DNA from: a virus
Length of the DNA stretch: 64,000 nt
Strand: one strand, 5' to 3'
Virus record (IMG/VR): IMGVR_UViG_3300029774_000001
The notes below the pieces were generated by a model. That model did not search any database, was not told the origin of the DNA, and worked only from the letters and a program-made list of their open reading frames with translations. Positions 54,005 to 61,020 of this stretch are shown here, piece after piece. Positions within the stretch are counted from its first letter, which is position 1. The number at the start of each line of letters is the position of its first letter. The translations under genes and the position numbers were made by a program.

Positions 54005-54119
54005 TATATGTTAAAATAGTGTTAAAATGACATACGCAGTTGCTTATGTCCAAATAAGTCCTTATATTTGCAATGTCTTCTTAAGGGAGGCGGTTAATTA
54101 AGTCAAACAAATAAAGATT
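54005..54119 (+). promoter_or_regulatory. Recurrent promoter cassette, copy 8
   Basis: TATATGTTAAAATAGTGTTAAAA; palindrome GACATACGCAGTTGCTTATGTC 54029-54050; -7 box TATATTTG 54063-54070; CTTCTTAAGGGAGG plus the AAGTCAAACAAATAAA leader. Confidence 0.7.
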
Positions 54120-54350
54120 ATGGAAAAGGAAGTTAAAGTAGTAAGAGGTTTTACAGTCAGCATGGGTGATGATTATGTAGAATTTTTCAATAATATCGAG
54201 GACGCAAAGAACAATTACGAAATGATGAAAGAACGTTTTGTTGGCGTCCATCTCTATTATGCCAAGAAATCTTATAACACTAAAGGTTATCCAAACGTGA
54301 ACATCTCTTTGGTGGAAATTTACCGTAACAATTACGGTCTTCCCTATTAA
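54120..54350 (+). CDS. Hypothetical protein
   Basis: 76-aa ATG ORF. Confidence 0.55.
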   Translation: MEKEVKVVRGFTVSMGDDYVEFFNNIEDAKNNYEMMKERFVGVHLYYAKKSYNTKGYPNVNISLVEIYRNNYGLPY

Positions 54351-54385
54351 TCTACAATTGTCAAACAAATAAAATTTTGAAAATC

Positions 54386-54739
54386 ATGGTACACAGCAAA
54401 GAACAAATCGAGGAAATTATGTTGTCTCTTTATGAACAACTTGGAGGACACAAATTCATAGTAGCAACCGGAAGCAAGTTTACTGGATATGCAGAAGACA
54501 AAAACGGTAATCTCGAACAATACATTTCCCTGGCACGCAATGCCAGCAGTGCAAACAAACTTAAAATCACTTATGACGAAGGTTTAGACCTCTATAACGT
54601 ACTCTTTGAGAGACAGACGTTCAACAAAAAGACATTCCAGATAAGCAAGAAAGAAATCGCTTCCTACAATGGCATCTATTGCGACCAATTGGTACCTATT
54701 TTCGAGAGTGTAACCGGGATGTACACAAGACTGTTTTAA
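54386..54739 (+). CDS. Hypothetical protein
   Basis: First ATG, preceded by GTCAAACAAATAAAA leader-like sequence. Confidence 0.55.
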   Translation: MVHSKEQIEEIMLSLYEQLGGHKFIVATGSKFTGYAEDKNGNLEQYISLARNASSANKLKITYDEGLDLYNVLFERQTFNKKTFQISKKEIASYNGIYCDQLVPIFESVTGMYTRLF

Positions 54740-54764
54740 TCACAATAAAATATTTTACAAGAAC

Positions 54765-54956
54765 ATGAGAACATTAAGCAAAGGAAATTTCCGGGTCGTA
54801 TATGACCCGGCAAAGGACGAAAGCATGAGCATGATTGCCGTCTACAAGAAGAACCTGGACGGCACGTTATCCCTAATCAGTAAGGAGATGGGAGAAGAAA
54901 ATGATAACGAGGTTCTGAGAGAACAAGCAATGAAAATCATTAATGAACTTAAATAA
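54765..54956 (+). CDS. Hypothetical protein
   Basis: 63-aa ATG ORF. Confidence 0.5.
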   Translation: MRTLSKGNFRVVYDPAKDESMSMIAVYKKNLDGTLSLISKEMGEENDNEVLREQAMKIINELK

Positions 54957-54971
54957 TAGGAGGATTAAATT

Positions 54972-55196
54972 ATGAATGCAGGTATCATATTTTTAACTAT
55001 CATTATTTTTATCGTTCATCTTATGCTGAGTGCCGAGGTAGGTTCTACGGCAGAAAGGATGAACCGAAGTTTCGGAGTGTGGATGCTTATGGCACTTATC
55101 ATTTCCCCGTTTATCGCAGCCATCTTTGTTCACTGCCTGGGGACTATTCCGGTTCCCGAAAAGAAGGAGGATTCAAAGAATGAAACCGAGAAGTAA
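54972..55196 (+). CDS. Small two-TM membrane protein
   Basis: Two hydrophobic helices (IIFLTIIIFIVHLML and WMLMALIISPFIAAIFV). Confidence 0.5.
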   Translation: MNAGIIFLTIIIFIVHLMLSAEVGSTAERMNRSFGVWMLMALIISPFIAAIFVHCLGTIPVPEKKEDSKNETEK

Positions 55197-55515
55197 TAGG
55201 TATATCTACTATTATGACAAGCGGTCTAAAAACAAGCCGTACCGGGTTATAATAGAAGTTGAGAAGAAGAAGTACAATATCGGTTATTTCCGAACCGTGG
55301 AAGAAGCGAGGACAGCCCGTGACGAGTTCATCCGGAATCATTTTTCCGTCTCCATAAGCTGGCAACGGTTACAGGAAATGAATGTGATTGTGGATAAGAT
55401 TGCCGAACTTTCGGAAATACTGTCTTCCTATAGGGATATTTCTACGAATGAGGTTTGCCGGAAAATCGGGAATATCAAGCGGAACGCGGTTTCCATAAAG
55501 AAAATTATAGTATAA
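55180..55515 (+). CDS. AP2-domain DNA-binding protein
   Basis: Y-R-V-x-I-x-x-x-K-K-K-Y-N-I-G-Y-F-R-T-V-E-E-A-R-T-A-R-D-E fits the AP2/integrase DNA-binding fold. AAGGAGG lies upstream of the ATG. Confidence 0.6.
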   Translation: MKPRSNRYIYYYDKRSKNKPYRVIIEVEKKKYNIGYFRTVEEARTARDEFIRNHFSVSISWQRLQEMNVIVDKIAELSEILSSYRDISTNEVCRKIGNIKRNAVSIKKIIV

Positions 55516-55592
55516 ATATACACTCAATTTGTATAATTATTCATTTTTGTTTTGTAGTATGAGAACCTGGGTTTAGCGAAACCCGACAGACT

Positions 55593-55621
55593 GGGACGTT
55601 GTGAAACGTCCCTTTTCTTTT
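55593..55621 (+). terminator. Rho-independent terminator ending the long + strand gene block
   Basis: GGGACGTT-gtga-AACGTCCC followed by TTTTCTTTTC. A second hairpin GGGTTT-agcg-AAACCC lies at 55569-55584. Confidence 0.8.
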
Positions 55622-55640
55622 CTAAATCTTGACAACCGAG

Positions 55641-56096
55641 TTAATAATACTTGAAGAATGACAAAAAACCATAATCTACCAGTCCTTTTTCTACTGCATT
55701 CGCTTCTTGTTCAAACACGATTGCATGGTAACAGTCATGGTTTATAGCCTTGATTCTCTTAATCCATTTCTTTATACCGCCACTGAAACCAGGGTGATAC
55801 TTGATTAAGGCTCCTATTACACGTACAAACCATTCCAGGGCGTAATACAGATAGAACGTCAACGGGATAAGGAGAAGTAGCCAGGGGCACGAGAAAACGC
55901 CTGCAAGACCGCTAAAAAGCACGGTGCCCGGTATCATTAATGATTTCCATTGATAGGAATGCGTTTCTTCATGTTTTAGGAATTCTTCGTCATAATACTC
56001 TTTCGTTTTCTTGCAAAGCAACCAGCAAAAAATTAGGATTGCGGAAAAGGTCGGAATGATAATTTTCGCAATTTTCGATTCATAAACTACTTTCAT
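55641..56096 (-). CDS. Membrane zincin-like protein (HExxH; DUF3267-like), lone antisense gene
   Basis: H-E-E-T-H motif between hydrophobic helices; 3-4 predicted TM segments. It is the only complete minus-strand gene with its own start. Confidence 0.55.
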   Translation of the reverse strand: MKVVYESKIAKIIIPTFSAILIFCWLLCKKTKEYYDEEFLKHEETHSYQWKSLMIPGTVLFSGLAGVFSCPWLLLLIPLTFYLYYALEWFVRVIGALIKYHPGFSGGIKKWIKRIKAINHDCYHAIVFEQEANAVEKGLVDYGFLSFFKYY

Positions 56097-56282
56097 ATTT
56101 TACAATTTTTAAGATTAAACACGTGTAAAGGTAGGCTTTTTCGAGGAAATTTCTGTCAATATTTATTACTATTTATAACTATCTGGAAATCAACACTTTG
56201 ACATTTTACCATAAGGGTATTATCTAACCCCTAAAGGGGTACGTAGTTCCCTTTCTTCTTTTACCCTTACGGGTATATTAAT

Positions 56283-56460
56283 AGGAGGAAGAACTGCAAT
56301 ATAGCAATAGGGGGTTTGGGGGAGGAAGGGGAAAGAGTGAAAAATGGGGAAGGGGGATAAAGTGAGATATGGAAAGTGTTAACGGAAGTAAAAAAGAAAG
56401 GGGAGACGAAGCGAAAGAAAGAAGACGAAAACAAGAAGGGATTTTGGGAAAAAGGCGCGC
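56283..56460 (+). repeat. Polypurine (A/G) tract with five G4-5 runs
   Basis: About 175 nt almost entirely A/G on the + strand. G-runs at 56310-14, 56318-22, 56328-31, 56346-49 and 56352-56. Confidence 0.85.
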
Positions 56461-56485
56461 CCGGCAAAAATTTTCTCGAAAAAAT

Positions 56486-56516
56486 TTTGTGGATTGAAAA
56501 ATAATCCCTATGTTTG
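56486..56516 (+). promoter_or_regulatory. Canonical Bacteroides-type promoter
   Basis: TTTG (56486-89) - 19 nt - TATGTTTG (56509-16), preceded by AAAAATTTT-ctcga-AAAAATTTT A-tracts. Confidence 0.65.
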
Positions 56517-56728
56517 CAGTGCTTAAACAAATGGCGGCTCAGTTCTGAAAAGAGCTGGGAACCGCAAAAGAAAAGGGGTTATCTGTAGATTACGCTTTTA
56601 CAAATACCGCTTTTAAAAATTTCCCCTTTTCTTTTTGTTTTGTAAGCAGGTGTTTGTAGGCGTTAATATCCTTGAGCAAGATATTTGTAAAAATGGAAAT
56701 TTTGTAAAAGAAGCGTAATCTATAGAAA

Positions 56729-58027
56729 ATGAAAAAAGATACAGAAAAATCGGCATCACGCCAGGACATTCCAGAAAAGATTAAATCTCCTATTAAGGAT
56801 TTTAAGAATATACAGACTATCCAGGATTATGAGTATTGCTGCGTATTGTGCGCTATTAGATTGATAAACAACAAGTATTGCAAGAGAAATCAGAAGAAGT
56901 ATCAGTATAAGACGTTTTGGAAAAGAAGTTTTACTACACAAGAACTGTCATTGAAGATTGCGGAAGAAGTGGGTATTTCCTACAGAAAAGCGAAGGATTA
57001 TATCAAGTTTTTAAGACTGAATGACTACATTAAATTCCCCGAAAAGGATGTATGTACAATCATAAACAAGGATTTCAAGGATGTAACGGAAGAGATGTAT
57101 TTACCGGATTATTTGCGTTATGTGATTAAGGAGAAAGGGGTAAAATGGTCTCCTATTTTTACAAGGATATTGAATTACATTTCAAAGAAGATAAGATATT
57201 ACAAGTATTGTAAAGAGATTGCAGAGTATAATTTGGACGTATGGAATGACGAGGAATCAAAGAAAGACGAGATTTTAAAGATAGTTGAATGGCTGTACAA
57301 TAACGAGGACTGGAAGGAATCGGATTATGACAAGGTTTATGAAAAGGCTGTAAAGATGGCGCATAAGCACGCATTAGAGGCTATAAAATGGAACAATTGC
57401 GAAGTATCGTTCTATGAAAGCCCTAAACGTATTGCAAGCCGTATGAAATGCAGTGTAGACACAGTGAGAAAGTTTATAAAGGCATTGAAAGAGATTTTTG
57501 GAGAAAGAGTATACATGAAGCCGGAAAAGGCGACTAAATCAATGAGATACAACCCTAATTTGAATAACTATACAATATCATTGCCGGACAGGGAAGAATG
57601 GAAGAATATGTTTGCAAGAAGATTCGAGAAGATTAAGGAAGGTGTTTCAAGGGTAAAGGATTCTGTTTATTATCTCAAAAGAGTTTGGTTCAGAAAAGAA
57701 AAGGGTTATTTGTGGGAAGACAAGGAGTTCAATAGAATAGCAAAAAGAAGTGCTACTGTAACGTGTGGAGAAAAGGAATTGCCGTGCAAAAAGAGGTTGA
57801 GTTTTTATTACACCCTAAAAAAGAACTTGGAATACTGGGAGGACAATTTCGAGAAGGAAAAGGAAATAGAAGAAGAAAAGGAACGTTTTTATAAGTCTGA
57901 AATACAAAGGGAGGTTGAAGAAAACAGCAGAATTGATTTGGTGGCGAAATATCGCTGTCACGAGGCACCCGAATATGAAAATTACAACCCTAATGAATTT
58001 GAAGCATATAGAGTATGGAAACGGTAA
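56729..58027 (+). CDS. Putative DNA-binding regulator / initiator-like protein with two HTH-like segments
   Basis: T-T-Q-E-L-S-L-K-I-A-E-E-V-G-I-S-Y-R-K-A-K-D-Y-I and S-P-K-R-I-A-S-R-M-K-C-S-V-D-T-V-R-K-F-I resemble wHTH recognition units. Confidence 0.45.
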   Translation: MKKDTEKSASRQDIPEKIKSPIKDFKNIQTIQDYEYCCVLCAIRLINNKYCKRNQKKYQYKTFWKRSFTTQELSLKIAEEVGISYRKAKDYIKFLRLNDYIKFPEKDVCTIINKDFKDVTEEMYLPDYLRYVIKEKGVKWSPIFTRILNYISKKIRYYKYCKEIAEYNLDVWNDEESKKDEILKIVEWLYNNEDWKESDYDKVYEKAVKMAHKHALEAIKWNNCEVSFYESPKRIASRMKCSVDTVRKFIKALKEIFGERVYMKPEKATKSMRYNPNLNNYTISLPDREEWKNMFARRFEKIKEGVSRVKDSVYYLKRVWFRKEKGYLWEDKEFNRIAKRSATVTCGEKELPCKKRLSFYYTLKKNLEYWEDNFEKEKEIEEEKERFYKSEIQREVEENSRIDLVAKYRCHEAPEYENYNPNEFEAYRVWKR

Positions 58028-58257
58028 GTGAATACATATACAATGACTATGAAAGCGAAGACGTAGAACTGTACGCGGAACAGATGATAAGGGAACGCAT
58101 AGCGCGTGACGAGAAGCGACGCGAACAGATAGAAAAGGCTTTGGCGAAAGCCGAAAGGGACAGGAAACGGATTGCCAACAGAAGAAGGAAGTATGTAAAG
58201 GACAATCCTATAAGGGCGAAGTATAAATACCCAGGACTGGGGAAATATTCAAGTTAA
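58015..58257 (+). CDS. Hypothetical charged coiled protein
   Basis: 80-aa ATG ORF. Confidence 0.5.
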   Translation: METVSEYIYNDYESEDVELYAEQMIRERIARDEKRREQIEKALAKAERDRKRIANRRRKYVKDNPIRAKYKYPGLGKYSS

Positions 58258-58336
58258 AAGCTTGGTTATTTGGATGATAATGCCTATTTTTACCGTTGTA
58301 ATTGCAATTTCGTTATAACTTAAAAAGGCATTATTC

Positions 58337-59029
58337 ATGGATAATAATAGAAAAGAAGAGAAAGTGTTCGGACGTGCACAATTTGAACAATTTCTCATTG
58401 ACAACGACTACGAAGCGTTCACCGCAAAGCAGGTAGCGGCTTTTGCTACTGATGTTTTGAACAAGTCAGAAAACAACGAGATGGACGAGTTCGAGAAAGC
58501 ATGTGCGGCTGCGGACTGGAAATCACTTGAAACGGTTAAAGTGCTGAATGACATTTACGAGGAAGAACCTATGTTCATAAGACCCTCACAAGTGGAAGTG
58601 ATACCGGGAAAGGAAGGAATTTTCAAATCAATGTCCGAGAACCGGGACATGTTGCGATACAAGGAAACCCCTCTAAACATTTTCAAGGGCATAGCCGGAA
58701 TGTGCGTATCTGACAATATAGAGAAGGCACGGAAGGGCGAACCAATCGGAACTGTCAAAAGCTGGGGAGGGAAGGAATATGTGAAGACCGCGAACGGCTG
58801 GGTACGACGCCAGGGAATCAAGACAAAGGAGACCGCGAAGGAGGAGAAGCCGAAAGAAAAGAAAGGCGGTTTCCCTACAGTTGAAAAACTCGTGGCTGCG
58901 GCCGCAAAGTCGGGGCACAACCCTAAAGAGGCAGAGAACGTTATCAGAGAACGCTATGACTATCTGAAAAAGAAATATCCGGAAGCCTCACCAAGTAAAC
59001 TTGTACACATTGCATATACAATTTCCTAA
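58337..59029 (+). CDS. Hypothetical protein
   Basis: 230-aa ATG ORF. Confidence 0.6.
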   Translation: MDNNRKEEKVFGRAQFEQFLIDNDYEAFTAKQVAAFATDVLNKSENNEMDEFEKACAAADWKSLETVKVLNDIYEEEPMFIRPSQVEVIPGKEGIFKSMSENRDMLRYKETPLNIFKGIAGMCVSDNIEKARKGEPIGTVKSWGGKEYVKTANGWVRRQGIKTKETAKEEKPKEKKGGFPTVEKLVAAAAKSGHNPKEAENVIRERYDYLKKKYPEASPSKLVHIAYTIS

Positions 59030-59042
59030 AATTCCGTCGCAT

Positions 59043-59546
59043 ATGATTATGGGAAAACTACATAAAATAAGGGAATACGTAATGAGTTTATATTTTCCCG
59101 TGTTGTTGAGCATACCTATCTCTTTTTCCAACACGGCATCCTTCATTGAGAAATATGTGTTTCGGGACTGGGAGTTCTTGAAATACCTAATGATTCTTAT
59201 AGTGATAGACACACTTGTAAGCTGGGTATATCATATCAAGAACAAGGACTTTTCAAGCAAGGGCTTTTCAATGATTATCACAAAGCTTTTCATTTATTCC
59301 GCTATTCTGATTGTTTCGCATGTGATGGGGAACTTTACGGTGGAAGGCGGCAATGTGGAGATATACACATGGTTCCGTGCCGTGGTGTGTAACGCGCTTA
59401 TAATACGAGAATCAATCTCAATCGTGGAGAACGCGGCAAAGGTAAGCCCTACTTTGGTACCTCAGAGAATAAGAAAATATCTGTCTGATTTCGACGAATT
59501 CGGAGACAAGAAACCGGAGACGATAAAGGAAATGAAAGGAGAATGA
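59043..59546 (+). CDS. Holin (phage_holin_4_1-like)
   Basis: Three to four TM helices and the conserved R-E-S-I-S-I-V-E-N-A-A-K motif. Confidence 0.65.
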   Translation: MIMGKLHKIREYVMSLYFPVLLSIPISFSNTASFIEKYVFRDWEFLKYLMILIVIDTLVSWVYHIKNKDFSSKGFSMIITKLFIYSAILIVSHVMGNFTVEGGNVEIYTWFRAVVCNALIIRESISIVENAAKVSPTLVPQRIRKYLSDFDEFGDKKPETIKEMKGE

Positions 59547-59893
59547 CTATGGCACAAGGCGATTATTTGCCCGGAACCTATTCAAGGGTCGGAACGGAAG
59601 AAAACCCGGGCACATACCTTGGAGGAGGTTCGGGCGGTACTTCACAAACAATGCCGCCAAAGGTGAAGAAGGTATGGGTACTGGACAACGATAGATGGAA
59701 CATGCGCAATTATTGGATTTCCGGAGGGAAGTTCAGTATTCCGGCAGTATGGGTACTTACCAAAGGGGTTTGGGACAACTTCGGCAAATGGATGAAAGAC
59801 GGAGTTTGGAGAATGGGACAGCTCATTTTCTCTACAGACAATATTTGGCATGATAATTTCGTATGGTATAACGATTTAAAGTTTAAATTTTAG
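59543..59893 (+). CDS. Hypothetical Trp-rich protein
   Basis: 116-aa ORF with ATGA overlap with the holin gene. Confidence 0.55.
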   Translation: MTMAQGDYLPGTYSRVGTEENPGTYLGGGSGGTSQTMPPKVKKVWVLDNDRWNMRNYWISGGKFSIPAVWVLTKGVWDNFGKWMKDGVWRMGQLIFSTDNIWHDNFVWYNDLKFKF

Positions 59894-59898
59894 AGATT

Positions 59899-60420
59899 AT
59901 GAAAAAAGCAGCTTTTTATCAAATACAGGACGGTGATACCGGGGCACAGGTTGCACAGGGATTGCAAGGCAATTTCGAGGCTTTGCAACAGGAGATAGAG
60001 GCAATTCCTTCCTATTCATTGCCTATTAAGATGGACCCTAATAGTGGAATTATCAACAGTGAGGAGGACTATAACAGTATTCTTCCCGAATCCTATCTGA
60101 CGGAATATCCGTGGCAGGCTGAATATGCAGGCGGTCTTCCTTGGTTATGGATGAACTTCAAGGCGAAGGTATCGGAAGGTACTCAGATTTGTATTAAGCA
60201 TAACAACAAGTTCTGCGAGTTCACCAACATTCCAGAAACTATCGGCATCGTATCTGTTGACAAGAAGATTCTGACAATGAAGGAGAAGAACGAATATCTG
60301 GGTTTCGAGTGTCAGAAGGATTTGGGTGTACAGAAAGTGGACTTGAAAGGCATTTACCAGGTTTACGTACTGGGTGCTGACGGTTCCGTGGAACAGGAAA
60401 TTGTATTTGAATGTAAATAA
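59899..60420 (+). CDS. Hypothetical protein (structural module)
   Basis: 173-aa ATG ORF. Confidence 0.55.
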   Translation: MKKAAFYQIQDGDTGAQVAQGLQGNFEALQQEIEAIPSYSLPIKMDPNSGIINSEEDYNSILPESYLTEYPWQAEYAGGLPWLWMNFKAKVSEGTQICIKHNNKFCEFTNIPETIGIVSVDKKILTMKEKNEYLGFECQKDLGVQKVDLKGIYQVYVLGADGSVEQEIVFECK

Positions 60421-60443
60421 AAACCATTAAAAAAGAAAAGATT

Positions 60444-61016
60444 ATGAGACTATACAGATTTTTGGACGAAGACAAGAATATTGATGTGACATTGGTAACG
60501 GACGGAAGTTGCGACCAGAAGAAAGTATTCATTACCGAATCACCGCGCGGAATTACCCCTAAAGGAAACGTGACGGACCCGGAAGGCGGTTCAGAGCTTT
60601 TGAAGCTTGGTTTCAAATGGAATGTAGGTGAAGCCGTGATGCACGAGGAACTTGTAGCATTTGCAGAAGAAAAGGGTTTGGAATTAATTATCGACCCCCA
60701 GGGATTGAATGAAATCGTTGCGGTAACGGCAGAATGGAACGATGCAGATGCGTGTGTAATCACCATTAAAACAAGTGTTCCGGCAAAGAAGGATGTCGAC
60801 ATTTATTTCCCTAATAGCGTGAATCTGAATGAGAGCGCAGAAAGATTCGGTGTAATCAGAGGAGACCGCAAAACCCTCTCTACAAAAGTTATGTCCGGTA
60901 AACCTATGGCGTTCACGTTGACTGACCTTGGTCTGGATGCAAAGGAGGATTTGAATGTAGTTGTAATGACCGACAATAATACGTGGCGTGAAGAACTTGT
61001 GGCACAAAACGCATAA
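60444..61016 (+). CDS. Hypothetical structural protein, paralogous to the N-terminus of the next gene
   Basis: MRLYRFLDEDKNIDVTLVTDGSCDQKKVFITES versus MLRLLFTTEDNVHQMTVVTDGIDGQMKVFVTES. Confidence 0.6.
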   Translation: MRLYRFLDEDKNIDVTLVTDGSCDQKKVFITESPRGITPKGNVTDPEGGSELLKLGFKWNVGEAVMHEELVAFAEEKGLELIIDPQGLNEIVAVTAEWNDADACVITIKTSVPAKKDVDIYFPNSVNLNESAERFGVIRGDRKTLSTKVMSGKPMAFTLTDLGLDAKEDLNVVVMTDNNTWREELVAQNA

Positions 61017-61020
61017 GGAT

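Noticed and set aside
12465-54119. Repeated ~110-bp intergenic elements could be mistaken for a CRISPR-like or MITE-like repeat family
   Set aside because: Copies are kilobases apart, all in one orientation, and each sits directly upstream of a gene with a TAnnTTTG box. There are no short regular spacers and no terminal inverted repeats or target duplications. They are promoters with leaders.
56267-56530. 87-aa minus-strand ORF (F/S/P-rich)
   Set aside because: It is a translation of the polypyrimidine strand of the polypurine tract: low complexity and no start context.
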